NCBI GenBank assembly: GCA_028023455.1
Contig: JAQFVV010000002.1
Span: 33,170,001-33,234,000 of the forward strand
DNA length: 64,000 nucleotides
Reading direction: 5' to 3'
Origin: Epiperipatus broadwayi
Taxonomy: Eukaryota > Animalia > Onychophora
Position numbers and translations under genes: made by a program. Shown here in pieces: positions 11,684 through 24,245 of this stretch (the first letter of the stretch is position 1; the number at the start of each line of letters is the position of its first letter). The notes beneath the pieces are model-generated. The model was not told the DNA's origin. It ran no database searches and worked only from the letters and a program-made list of their open reading frames with translations.

Positions 11684-12245
11684 TCAGTGAGCATTATCAC
11701 CTTTGATCTGAGAAGCAGCCCACACTATGGCTAGTACTTCTTTTTCAGTAACCATATAATTTATTTCTGGACCCTTTAAGAGATGGCGAATGAAGTAGAG
11801 CACTCCGGCTTGGCCGTCCTCCTGGATTTGGGATAGGGTCACCCCTAATCCATAGCCACTACTATTTGTTTGTAAGATAAGGTGTTTATTCAAATTAGGA
11901 AATCTAGCATTACTTGCTCCAAAAATACTGTTTTAATTGTAGCAAATGCATCATCTTGGTCTTTAGCCCAGTTCCATCTTCCATCTTTTCTGATCAATTT
12001 TAATAACGGTTCCATGTGTGGTCGGCAAATTTGGGATAAAAACGATTGTAAAAATTACAGATTAGACAACCAGCTCTTGAAATACAAGCTAAATAATGGC
12101 AAAAGTGAATGGAGGGTAGTAATACCGAAATTTAAAAACTCACTCAATATGTACATTATATGAGCACTATGGGCCCACAAAACTGAACAATTAATGAAAA
12201 ATTTGTTTTACTAGCCTAGAATGTATAGCGACATTGTAAAAAAAA
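11684..12245. mobile_element. Ty3/Gypsy pol remnant (RNase H on -, integrase zinc-binding region on +)
   Basis: Minus: LQTNSSGYGLGVTLSQ...NYMVTEKEVLAIVWA (RT-RNaseH). Plus: WRVVIPK...HYGP.K...LFY*PRMYSDIVK (integrase H2C2-like). Confidence 0.7.
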
Positions 12246-13550
12246 TTCAAATAAGAAATAGAACTGATATTTGAATAAAGCTATAATTATTTTTAAAATT
12301 ATATTTCACTTTAATAATCAAAAAGGTAAAAAAAAAGTTGAATAATATTCTGAAAGAAAATGGACAGTCAAAAATAAAAAAACATAAGTTGTTTAATAAA
12401 ATATATTGGGAATATTAAGTATCTTAGTTGTAAATCAGGAATATCTTGTATTTAAATGGGATTGTAAATAAAATCGATTATTAGATGTATAAAAAAAATA
12501 ATAATTGATCAGTTGTTTGTGAGATCAAATGATATTGAATTATTAATAATTGAATACAGTATATTTATCTTGATTGACCAATAAGCTCATCAGAAATAAG
12601 AGCTAGAAGTGAAGAATTTTTGATTGCTAGAAAACTGTTTACCACTGAAACAATTTATTAGTGTCTAAACTAGTAATAAAATTAATGAAGTAAATAGTGA
12701 ATTTAAAAACAGGGATAAGGTGCTTGCTGCCCCTGATATATATCATGCCACATAGAGCCTCATTACTCTTCCCTCTCCTTTATAATAATAGGTTGTTAAC
12801 CAAAGAATATATATTGAGAATATCAATAGTCACTTAGTATAAGTATATTTCTGGGAGTGTTGTTTCTGATATATAATTCCATTTCAAACTGGTTTTTTAA
12901 TAAGTAAATAACTTATATATATATACAATATAGACTATACAATATAGACTATTGTTCATCTGTATATTGCCTAAGCTGCAACATATATATATATATGTAA
13001 TATGTTTTAAACATTTAAAATAATATAAACTATGTAACCATATACTTCACCAATAAAGATTGTTAAAAGTAAATAATGAATTTAATTTTAACATGATTTC
13101 TATAAACATTTGTTTACGTTTTTAATCAAATTATTATTTTTTTATTCATAGCATATGACAATAGGAAGACCAAAAACTGATATAAAGTAAATCAATTTAC
13201 ATAAAAAAAAACAGTCTGAAATATATAATAAAAAATCTTATTTCCTATTTTAAAAATGAGCAACGTTCTACTTTAGCGCCATCTATAATAAGTTTGAGTG
13301 ATTTGTTGGTATTATTTTCTATATGAAGACTGTTTTATTTACTTTTTTTGTTTTAGCCATACTAAAAAAAACCGTTCTTAGAACACTTATTTTCTATTTA
13401 ATACTTTATTTTATCTGACTCTAGTCTAATGAATGACTAATAAAAATTATTAATATACTTTGTTTTGTCTGAGTTTTTTTTTCTTGCATTTTTAAAATCT
13501 AAAGAGTACGAGGATTATTTTAAAATTTTATTTAATTTATGTATTTTAAG

Positions 13551-13626
13551 GGTCAAGCTACAAGAGACAAACAAGAAATAATTCAGTTGACAGAAAAACT
13601 TAATTCTTTGGAAATAAAATGTAAAA
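13551..13626 (+). CDS. Exon of coiled-coil gene (GQATRDKQEIIQLTEKLNSLEIKCK)
   Basis: tattttaag acceptor; A|gtgagt donor; phase 0 to 1, continuing from exon 5069-5213. Confidence 0.75.
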
Positions 13627-13874
13627 GTGAGTCTTTTAATTATTTTTTTATATGTAAAATAAATGACAAAAGGATTTTTTTTTAATGTAAATCTTTTTTT
13701 TTTTTTTAAGGAAAAAAGGTGGTTAATTAATCAATCTTATTGCAAGCATATTTTTTTTCTGAATAAAACTGTAAAATATAATTGCATTATATTATTTTGT
13801 ATCTACTTATGTAATATAATGACCGTGCTAATAGCTCTAAACAAGCTTTTTGCTAAATGCTGCAAGAGAAAGCA

Positions 13875-14110
13875 TTTAAAATCTCTATCTAGAATTATCC
13901 CTATTCCCAAATCGGTTTTGAGCTAATGACTCTCATCAGTGAGGTACTAGGATATTCAGACACTAGATCTAAAATACCAACTCAAGCATGGCATTTATGA
14001 AATACTTAACTATTAAGTAGAAAATCTGAAATTTTCAGACATCTATATGTCTCCAAATCTTGCTATCTAACTTAAATAGCCATATGGGACTGAACTAAAT
14101 TCAGATATAC
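13875..14110 (-). repeat. Subfamily A2 repeat with degenerate HHR at 13904-13945
   Basis: Minus: cctca CTGATGA GAG tcattag CTC AAAA ccga tt tggga. Upstream aaaatctctatctag matches family A. Confidence 0.65.
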
Positions 14111-14489
14111 TATATATTAAAATCACATGATGTGTGACTTGTTTTCCTTACTATTTGTATTTACTTATACATATTTACAATAACGTGCTTGTCATATTTT
14201 TATATATTCATATACTCATCATTTTTTCTTATTTATATAACATTGTTATTTTTAATACACACATATATACACATATTTTAATTTACTGTTTGTGTAGAGA
14301 GATATAAATGCTACATACATTTATGTAAATTAATTAGCAAATGAGATCTGTTACATAACAGGTTAAATCCACAACTAAGGTGTATTGATGTGTAGCAACC
14401 AATCAGAACAGTCCTGCAGATTGAATGAAAACAATAGCAAATCTGTCAAGCCACTACTAATCAAAAGGAGGGTCTCTTTTGATCAGTCA

Positions 14490-14780
14490 TGTTGTTATGT
14501 ATGGATTAAAAGTTGAACATTATAGTATGGAGAGATGTATATCAGTAATAACATGAAGGAACTGAAATTGGGTGAGAGATCGATCATGTATTATTGACAT
14601 CATGAAATGGATCTGGACTGGACATGTTGCTAGAAGATCAAAGATTATAAAAGCCTAGAGAGATCACATGTGAAATGAATGGATGTAATAAGGAAAAGTT
14701 GGTTTGATATGGTAAAGAGAAGCTATGGATCACAGAATTTGCTTGAAATTGGTTGAAAATGGTGGTTACAATATATATGT
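14490..14780 (+). mobile_element. Old RTE LINE 3' fragment
   Basis: agtatggagagatgtat...aaatggatctggactggacatgttgctagaaga resembles the SMERCM...KWSWAGHIARR region of 60218-60836. Confidence 0.6.
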
Positions 14781-15289
14781 ACAAGCATTCACCATTGTCT
14801 TCTACTAAAGATGGCCTTTAGGTTTACACAAAGTACTTAAATAGTTTAAAATATGCCATCTAACTGAAACTAAATATTCTTTACTCATTTCATGACTAAG
14901 GATGATGAAAACTTATATGTAAATGACAGAACCTTAAATGTATTTGTTAAATACATATTGGCAGCTTTTCTAATGACTTCTTATGATTTCTTATTATGAT
15001 TTAGATGAAACCTACCTTTTTATTGCAATTATTCCAAAATCTTAAAGCAAATTTTTTGCTGATCTTCTTTTACCAACTTAAGGGCAATTTTCACAGGAAA
15101 TAAGATTATTGGTTTTACAAATACCATAAAACCAGCATTTTTTTATAACTAGGATGTAAAAAATAAAAACTGCTCCATTTTCTAATTTATTTTATTTTGC
15201 AAGTTGTAATTAATTTTTAATAACGAACTCATCAAAAGTTCCTAAACATTTCAAATATATTGTAAAGATTTTGCAATTTGTATGATCAC

Positions 15290-15760
15290 ATTATAGACTT
15301 GCTTTATAGTTCAATGAGCACTTTTTATTTTTTACATTACCTTTTATAATTCGTCATGTTTACACTTGTTCTTCAAATCTCTTAGCACTCTCAAGTTGTT
15401 TTATTGGTTATATAAGTCTAAATTTGAAGAAATGTGAGCTCCAATCATATTGGCAATTCATTTCTTTCTATAGCTTTTATACTATATGAAAAAATTGATA
15501 AATCGCTCTGTAGTACGCATGCCTTTCAGGAATAACTTCCTTCATCAGCCGTTTTAGAACTTTGTCAATAATCCATGCAAATATAATTTCCGCACAACTT
15601 CTATGCTGATCAAAACAGAATTGTAGATTCATATTATTAAGAAATCTTAATTAAGAAATCCAATATCGAAATATATAATAAAAAGTTTTAACACATCTTG
15701 AATTAAGTGTAAATAGATTTGAAGAGATGTGATTTCCAGTCATCATGCATAGTATATTTT
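15290..15760 (-). mobile_element. Decayed Tc1/mariner-superfamily transposase fragment
   Basis: Minus frame IDKVLKRLMKEVIP... followed by a degenerate DW..HSPDL-like segment; many stops. Confidence 0.4.
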
Positions 15761-16204
15761 TTCTACAGTTGCCATACTACTAAATAAGCTGACAAATTGT
15801 TCTGGAGTGTAGCTGCAGTTCAGGAATAATTTCCTTTTATGAAAATACTTTTTTAAATAGGAAATTGGATGATAGCAAAACAAGATTTTTGTTTGTTTTA
15901 TTTAAGAAAAAATTTAAAAGAAACTGCTGATCTAAAAATTAGATTTACTGTAAAGGTTGTAAGTCTCTAAATAATAGTTAAAACATAATATGTCAAGATG
16001 GTTACATATAATGTATTTATCAAGATTTTCATCTTTAATAGGGAGGTGTGACAATTTAATTTTCAGAATGTACCTTTGAAAAATATTCACGTGGAAATGT
16101 GTACACTAGTGGCTACTGTTGACTTCAAAGTAATTCTCTTGTATTATTAGAAATATATACTCTTATTCTTCTCCTTTACTTTCTTTGTATTTCTTCATAT
16201 ATTC

Positions 16205-16497
16205 ATATATATTGCTTATAATAACTTCTTTCATATACACTTTAATGCTAAAAATTTTTTTAATAAAACTTCTTTATTTTCTTGACAGTTTCGATTGTCC
16301 AGCAGTGTTCATCGGAGCTATCTCAAACTTCCTCCGTTTTTTTTTTTTTGATTTTATTTTAAAAAGCAGAGGAAGTTTGAGAAAGCTCTGATGAAGACTG
16401 CTGGACAGTCGAAACTGTCAGGAAAATAAAGAAGTTTTATTAAAAAAATTTTTACATTAAAGGGTATTTGAAAGAAGTTATTATAAGAAATATATAA
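16205..16497. mobile_element. Family C: inverted (head-to-head) Penelope-type terminal-repeat pair with minimal HHRs
   Basis: About 130-bp inverted arms (16205-16337 and 16369-16497). Plus arm: CTGATGA a GACTG ctgga CAGTC GAAA CTG TC followed by aataaa. Minus arm has CCGATGA. Confidence 0.8.
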
Positions 16498-16499
16498 TC

Positions 16500-17270
16500 C
16501 TCTTGTGCATCTATTCACTAATTAAAATGGCATTCCCATTTTTGGAAGCACACCTGGAACTCATTTTCAGGAATACTGTTGAGAAGTTGCCTCACCTTCT
16601 TTTGGATATCATTTATAATAGAAAATTTTTGTCCTTTCAGCACAGTTTTTAATTTTGAAATAACCAAAGATTAAATAATCTAGTTGTATAATTGATTTTT
16701 TTGGCTAAAAAGTCTCTTTATCCATCAAGATCCAAGGCACACTTTGCAGAAATCTTTCTCATGCCAATTATTTTTTTAATCTTCAATTCTTCAGCAATCA
16801 GTCTCACACTTAATCATCTGTCAGATTGTATTGCATCTCGCAGTTTGTTAATATTAATGTCAGTCATTGTTGTGTTTGACTGTCTTCTGGTATCATCTGT
16901 CACATTTCACTCATCTTTGAACCTCTTATGCCACTCAAACATACTTGATTTCTTCATAGCATCTTCACCATATGCCACTTGCAAGAGTTGTAACATTTCA
17001 TTACCACATTTGCCGATTTTCACACAAAATTTTGATATTAATATGTTCAAAATTTCAAGCACTCATTTTTATGTCAAAGCATATGCATGGATATTTATTA
17101 TCTTCTCATATGTTAGCTTAAATATGTTTAAACATGATTACTTTGTGATTTCGATGCATTTAGGTCACGGGTGATGCCATACCGCCATTTTGGGAATTAA
17201 ATTGGCACACTTTATATGCTGTTAATTTTTCATTGATCGAAGCCGTTTTGTTTTTTGAGTTATTGTTTGA
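16500..17270 (-). mobile_element. Mariner-family transposon remnant
   Basis: Minus: KFCVKIGK...VAYGEDAMKKSSMFEWHKRFK...SVRLIAEEL (mariner HTH) and IPENEFQVCFQKW. Same family as 47890-48650. Confidence 0.8.
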
Positions 17271-17572
17271 TATGTGTGCATATTAAGTTATCTGCCTGAA
17301 AATAGATGGAATAACTATTTAAAGGGATGTTACCATTCAAGAAATATCACTTTAGCATCATAAGTGACAGTTTATGATTATTTCCTATCTCATTATAAAA
17401 AGCTTACTTATAAAAATTAACGAATCTGTTATGCACATTGTTTTACATAACTACTTTTATTTTTTGATTATTAATAAAATTAACAGAAGTTTGTATATAT
17501 TTATGGACATGAAATTTGTCTGCTGTTAAAATAATGCAAAGAAAATATCTTCTACTTATGCATGGTATATAT

Positions 17573-18306
17573 CAGGGTTGGCCAAAGTTTTAGATGTTGG
17601 GGTTGACTTTTTTGGTGAAAGTATATCTGAGAGCAACTACGTTTTTTTTATGGCTTCAAACCAGAAACCAGAAAAAAACAGTATTTTTGCTGGAATGAAA
17701 ACTGGAACAGAAAAAAATAACAGTTCGAAGTCCTGATTTTTTTTAGAATATATTTATGAATTGGTGTTTTTTTTTTTTTTTTATAAGGGCTTTTTAGGTA
17801 TTCACAAATATTTGTGATGTTTTCAGAAGATACTTACAAACTGATGAATTTTTTTTCTATATGATACAAACTGTCAAAGACATTTTATTATGACTACTAT
17901 TAAATTATCTCAGCTTCCTCTACTATTACAATTTGTCCTTGTCGCTTTATAAAATATTTATTAAATTATTATATGAAGTGTTTTAAAAAATTCACAATTT
18001 CTTAGTTTTAAAATCAGTTCATTAAAATCCTTGTTTCTTCATGAGAAGTTATTTTCATTTCTCCGCAGGGAAAATGGCAATTAAATATTTCTAAATTTTG
18101 GCTCTAGCATTGCAGAAAAATAATTTAATTCTTTTCAGCTTTAACTATTTTTAAACAAGAATAATTTTGAATTTTTACTTTTTTTATTATTTTTTATATT
18201 CAAATCAGCTCTGAATTTATCATTATAATTGTCAATGTTCATGTCAATTTCGTGTTCGACTTCCAGTGATCTTGCAGTCGACTAGTCGATATCTTGGCCA
18301 CCCCTG
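17573..18306. mobile_element. Non-autonomous hAT-type MITE
   Basis: TIRs cagggttggccaa / ttggccacccctg; 8-bp TSD gtatatat (17565-17572 and 18307-18314). Confidence 0.85.
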
Positions 18307-18547
18307 GTATATATGATTATGAACTGTATACTGATATCCACAATTAAGGTTTAAAACATATTTGGATTAGGAATTATCTCTAATTTTATAAATGATTATA
18401 AATAAGCATTAATGTATTTATCTGAATTAGTTGGTGTTAAAATGGTGGCTGCAGAAAGTTTGATGCTTGTAAATTAAATTGGAATAATTTGATATTGATA
18501 AATATTGAGCAGATGTTGAAGATATATGTAAAAGATTAAGACTTCAG

Positions 18548-18589
18548 CCAACTGATGAGTGCTGGTTCAGCATGAAATATGCATCTTGG
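18548..18589 (+). ncRNA. Type I hammerhead ribozyme (family B)
   Basis: CCAA CUGAUGA GUGCUG guu CAGCAU GAAA U augc A UC / UUGG; intact core, AUC triplet. Confidence 0.8.
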
Positions 18590-19082
18590 GAATCAGTTGT
18601 CTTTTTCAGATGTCTTTATTCATATGTTTTAAGGATGCGTGATGAAATGGAGATTTAAAATATATCTTATATATGTATAAAATATACATACACACATATA
18701 CATATATATATATATGCAGAGAGAAAAGAGAAATAGAGTAATGGTGTGTGTTTTAAAATACTTTTTTGCACAAGGATTGTTATGTATATGTAAAGAAAAA
18801 AGAATGTTTGTGTATTTTAATTGTTTTTTAAAAATTGAAGATTATTTAAGTTTATTTTTAAAATTTGTATTGGCATCTTACTTAAATACCCCAAAATTGA
18901 TGATAAATTTTAGAAAAAAAATTCTGATGATTGTAAAATACCTTTGGTAATTAGATTTAAAACTGTTGTTGTTGTTTTGATAATATTTTAAAAATAACTA
19001 TGTCAAAAATTATAATTTTATTTGAACTGGCATTGGAAATTTAAACTTGCAGTAATTTAGTTGTTTGTTTTTTTTTTTGCAG

Positions 19083-19140
19083 GATCTACTCAAGAAAATA
19101 TAGAATTAATATCCAAAAATTTAGAATTACAGTCCAAAAT
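19083..19140 (+). CDS. Exon of coiled-coil gene (RSTQENIELISKNLELQSK)
   Basis: Long polyT-gcag acceptor; AT|gtaagt donor; phase 1 to 2, in frame with exon 13551-13626. Confidence 0.8.
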
Positions 19141-19363
19141 GTAAGTTATTTGTTATTTTTAAAAATTTTGTTCTTTATGTATATATGTACAGTGTATCCC
19201 TTGAAAAAAGTGATTTTCTCTCCAAGATATCTGCAGTAATATCTAATTCAACGCTTGAGTTACATAGTGATATGGTTTAGTTATTTTAAAAAATTTTAAG
19301 CACTAACTTATGTGATGCAACATGGAATATGATAGTATATTTCAATAAAGCAAGTCATATGTA

Positions 19364-19404
19364 GCGTGATATTGTCATAAGCTCGAAACCAATTGGTCTG
19401 GGGA
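19364..19404 (+). ncRNA. Degenerate HHR (A2-like)
   Basis: gtcataagctc GAAA CCAATTGG TC TGGGGA has a palindromic stem III and the same TGGGGA stem I strand as family A; the CUGAUGA box is decayed. Confidence 0.45.
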
Positions 19405-20548
19405 TAAGAACATTCCCGATAGAGATTTTAAATATTTTCTCTTACCGCACTTATCTATTAAGAGCTTGTTTGAGTTATTGGTATGCTCTCTATATTAGAT
19501 AGTATATTTCACATCTTAATGCAAGGTGGAAGAATGTGATAACATTGAATTTTGTTTTAAATTGGCCAAACACCTACGAAAACACGTGACATGATTTAAA
19601 CTGTGTACGGCAGTTTTGAGTCACAAGAATGGTTTACAAGATTACATAATGGCAGCAAGAGGCATGAAGACAATCAACAAAGCACAAAGCAGAGTCACAT
19701 GTTGGAGCTCATGATCCAAATATACTAGCACTTTAAAATTTTTGTGGTGAATAGTTAAACCTTGTTATTGTGTAATGCATGCTTTGATTCAAAGGTGGCA
19801 CTACAGGCAGCTTGGTGAGAGAACAGTTATCTTTTCAATGAGATAACGTTTTGTTTTTTTTCAAAAATAATTTTATCTACTGTTTTACATAGTCTTTCAT
19901 CACAGCATACTTTAATTAACATAAAAATTATTTGGCGCATCTTCATACTGTATAGATGAAACAATGAAAATAGATCTGCCCTTCTTATCAATAATAGAAT
20001 TTACTTCATATCTTATGTCTACAAGGTTCTTAATAAATATTACAAAAATAAGAAGGAGTTTAATGAAAGTATGAATGAGATGCTTCTTTCATTAATAATG
20101 ACGTCAATATCATGTTACAATCGTGATACTTCGATATTATCAAACTCAGATAATAACTGGTCTTTATCCTTCAGTTACGAATTATTAAGTATTCATTTCT
20201 GATGGCTGTTGGATTTCTGCCTGAGCTAGCTATTGGCTGTCTATCTGAGGGGAAAACGTATATATATTTATGACCTGAAAAAAATTTCAACGTTTATCTA
20301 TCCTCAATTCAAACTCTACATCATGGGCAGATGACAAGTAATATTGACTTCATTTTACTTTAAAAGATGTTATGCGTATTGCAGGGTAAAACATAACTAC
20401 TATCAAAACATTAAAATGACGAGAAATTTTGTCACATGATATTATTTATGATTATTTTGCCCAAATCTATCTTGCCAATAAAATGTTGATTCTATTGTCT
20501 TTTATAGAATTATTGTATGTCTAAAAACAAAAAGATATATATATATAA

Positions 20549-20635
20549 GGAGAAAGGTTGCCTTGACAACAGTGAGAAATATTGATTACTATCTATATTG
20601 CCATGTTTAAGTGGTGACTGGTTTCTAATGGTTAC
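20549..20635 (+). repeat. About 90-bp direct repeat, second copy at 22524-22610
   Basis: ggttgccttgacaacagtgagaaatattgattactatctat...catgtttaagtg.tgactggtttctaa.ggtt occurs twice. Confidence 0.8.
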
Positions 20636-20682
20636 ATATTATCCCATTTAGCTTTAAGCATTATTTCACTTATTATTTAAAT

Positions 20683-22299
20683 CAGTGTTTCCCAACCTGT
20701 GGTACGTGAGTTGCTGGTTGGTGGTACACGAAAAATAATCAATAATGGCGGACATAAAAAAAAAATTAAATCATAAAAATATAGAAACGTTTTTTCCTAT
20801 AATTCATAAAAATTATTTTAATTAATAATAATATACAGTAAAGTTGTTTATATGTACAGTCGATAACGATCTTTAATATTAATGATAAAATTGAAAGTAT
20901 GATTAAGAAATTAGATTTTTAAAACAGTAATGTATATAAGTATCAAAAACAATCAACTGGAAGTATTCGAAACTCTACACATTTTTTTGTTTGAAAATAA
21001 GGTTAGTCTGTTTCAAGATATATGAGAAAATATAATAGCACATTTAACAGGATTAAAAACGTCGGTTTTTCATGAAATATTTTCCAAAACCCGAAAACAC
21101 AAATGATAATTGGATTTCAAACCCCTTCTATCCAGAAAATTTAGAAAAAGCTACATCATTATCAATAAAGGATAAAGAAAATTTAATAGAATTATCATGT
21201 GACAGAACTTTACAAGTAGAATTCAAACAACACAATCTAATTAATTTTTGGTTAAACATTAAAGAATATGAACAACTTTCTGAGAAAGCTCTTAAATTAT
21301 TATTATCGTTTACTAGTACAGAATTAATAATAGGAAGAGGTTTTTCTTCATATATTTTTTTAAAAAATAAGTATCGAAACAGATTGAATGCAGCTGTAGA
21401 CTTAAGGGTATACATCACATCTTTTGAACCAAATTTCAAAAAATTATGTTGTTCGAAACAAGCACAAAGATCTCATTAAATTTATTTTATAAACATATTT
21501 GATTATGATAAGAAATTATATTAATTGGTTTTTTATAATTTTGTGTTTTTATTAAAACCATTTATTAGTTAGTAAACGAAATCATGACAAAATAGTAGAT
21601 AAAGAATGAGTCGGATCAAGGCAAATCAATCTAAATTATTTAATTTGAAAGAATGTATCAGAAAAGGATCATACCCAGAAATTAGACTCATTAATTCTTG
21701 ATCATCTATTGTGGATTACTAGATGTAAGCTAGTATTTAATCATCAAAATTTTAATCCTATTAACTTCATGCTGAACAATATAAAGAAAACAAGAACAAG
21801 AGATAGCCTGATAACCCCTGAGGTTATTTTTACCATGACTTGGGACATGCTGGATTTATCCTTTCCATGGCCCACCCAATAAGATGCTCCGAAAAAGAGA
21901 AAACGACTTAAATTCGGGAAAACCAAATGAAGGCATGAGAAAACACTTTGAACAAAATATGTACCAAATAACCTTTAATGTAATAATGTAATCTTTAATA
22001 AATTATTTTGGAAAAAATATAAAACTTTGAACAAACACATACATATAAATATGTTACAGTGCGTTTATAATTTCAGTGAGTTTATAATCTGGCATGACGT
22101 TTAGGCGTGTTTAAATGTAATTTGTCTCATTATGAGATGTGAAAACATACATGGTCACCCTATAATATTTATAATGCAAATAAAATAACACACTCACAAT
22201 AACAAATTTCACGAAATACAATCATTTTTACGAAGTGGTACGATTTAGTGTAATGTACTACCAAGTGGTACGCGAGCCAAAAAAGGTTGGGAAACACTG
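20683..22299 (+). mobile_element. Internally deleted hAT (Buster/Charlie-type) element
   Basis: TIRs cagtgtttcccaacct / aggttgggaaacactg; 8-bp TSD atttaaat; ORF 21072-21479 (NWISNPF...LIELSCD...FWLNIK...GFSS...KNKYRNRL) is a Buster-type transposase C-terminus. Confidence 0.92.
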
Positions 22300-23067
22300 A
22301 TTTAAATAATACATTAGCAATTTAAAAGTATTGCAGTTTGTAATGTTATAATTGACTATTTATTAGTCTTCATTACATGGACATGTTTATTTCATGTTTA
22401 AAGAGGTTTATTTAAACTTCATTGTATCAATATTTCACACTCTGTAGTCAAGTTGCAATCTTTAAGTGTCCATATATATTCATTGGACCATTAGTAAGAG
22501 TGGATTTCCACTCTTATTATTAAAGGGAGAGAGGTTGCCTTGACAACAGTGAGAAATATTGATTACTATCTATGTTAGCATGTTTAAGTGATGACTGGTT
22601 TCTAAAGGTTTTATATTGAAATGGATAAATTATAAACTATCTTTTAATTTTGCTGTTGAATGTAATGATGGAAAGAAATCATTATATAGACATGCATTGT
22701 TCTTTCATTGTTCAATCTGACAAAGGTCTGGTTTACAATATATCCAGCAATTTAAGTATGTATTGATTACATTTATGATCTTGTTATTGTATTTTAAAAT
22801 TTTTCAGCACATTCTTAAATGAAACTTTTCTAATTGCTTTATATTGCATTGACAGGATTATATTTTATTTTTTCATAGTTCTGTAACAAAGTATAGATCA
22901 TATTTTTGTCTTGTATTCAGACAGCTTATTAACTTTTTATATATATTTCCTCCATTCCTACATCAATTATTTATTTTCGTCTTACTCTTTCTTTGATTAT
23001 ATAATAATTAAATTAGTTCTATCTATTATAGTCATATCTCAGTTGATTCTATCACTATTTAATATAT

Positions 23068-23600
23068 TAAACCACTAAAGATTACATGATCACCATTTCT
23101 TATGCTTGCTCGTAATTGTTATTAAAACAGGCAAAACTCTCCACACAGTAGTGCCACTCATTGCAAGCCAGAGTAATCAATGGATGCCAGAAGGCTTGTT
23201 CATAAAATCTCTATCTAGTGCCTACTCATCCAATATTCCCAGACTAGTTTCTAGCTTGTGGCTTTCATCGGTGAGGAGCCTTGGATCTGAGAGCACTGCA
23301 CCTAGATCTTAGGATCTAGTTTTGTAGTTAAATGGAGATAAAAGGTGGCTGGTGGGGGGTTGCCTTTGTCAGTGAGGAGCTTTGGATCTGAGAGCACTGC
23401 ACCTGCAGTGCTCTCAGAAACTAGTCTGGGGATATTGGATGAGTAGGCATTAGATAGGGATTTTATGCACATGCCTTCTGGTATTCATTGATTACTCTGG
23501 TTGGCACAGGGTGGCAATACTGTATGGAGAGTTTTGCTTTGATTATAAACAATTATGTGCTAGTATAAGATAGTGATCATGTGATGCTTAATGGTTTAAA
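23068..23600. mobile_element. Family A insertion, head-to-head with several template switches
   Basis: Left part in array orientation with HHR 23228-23286 (-, CCGAUGA variant); short switched segments at about 23317-23415; right part carries gaaactagtctgggga on +. Confidence 0.88.
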
Positions 23601-24162
23601 TTGAAATTAATTATTTGTTTATTTTTAGATATAGACTCCCATTCTACTACTTGCTTATAAACATTTTTTCTTGCCTAATTTTTTTATTATTACGACTATG
23701 GTTGTTATTGATGAACTTTAATGTTATAAGGGCCGATTAAATCTTAAGATGTAGCTCATAAGTCTTAAAATGCTTGATTAGAATTTTGACAGTGATCAAG
23801 TATTATTATTTCTGCTGCTTCTTGTTCTTTTGAATGAGAATATAACATACAACCATAAAACTCTTTTTTTGTTTGGATTTATAATTTTTTATAATTATAA
23901 TAATGTACATTAAGAAATGAATAAGGGTCATGTTTTTGTTATATAGTCTGTAAATGTAAAACCCTGTTTATTGTGATTTTTGCAGTCATATTATATCTTC
24001 TGTCAGCCACATATTACGGTCTTAATAAGTAAAACTGGTCTTTCTATTAGCATTATTACTAGAATAAAGATAATTGAAATTTTAATAGCAGCTATTATGT
24101 TGGTTTTTTGATCAGCTAGAACTTACATTTTATATGTTGCTTTGGTATTTAATTACAATAAG

Positions 24163-24245
24163 CATCACATGATCGCCATTTCTTACCATTAATTACTCTA
24201 GCTTGCTGTGAGTAGCAATACGTATAGTGAGTTTTGCCTGTTTTA
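24163..24245. repeat. Short family A fragments
   Basis: catcacatgatcgccatttc followed by attactctagcttgc...gagttttgcctgtttt. Confidence 0.55.

Noticed and set aside
11660-11695. ctcactgatga on the minus strand as an HHR
   Set aside because: No stem II or GAAA at the correct spacing.
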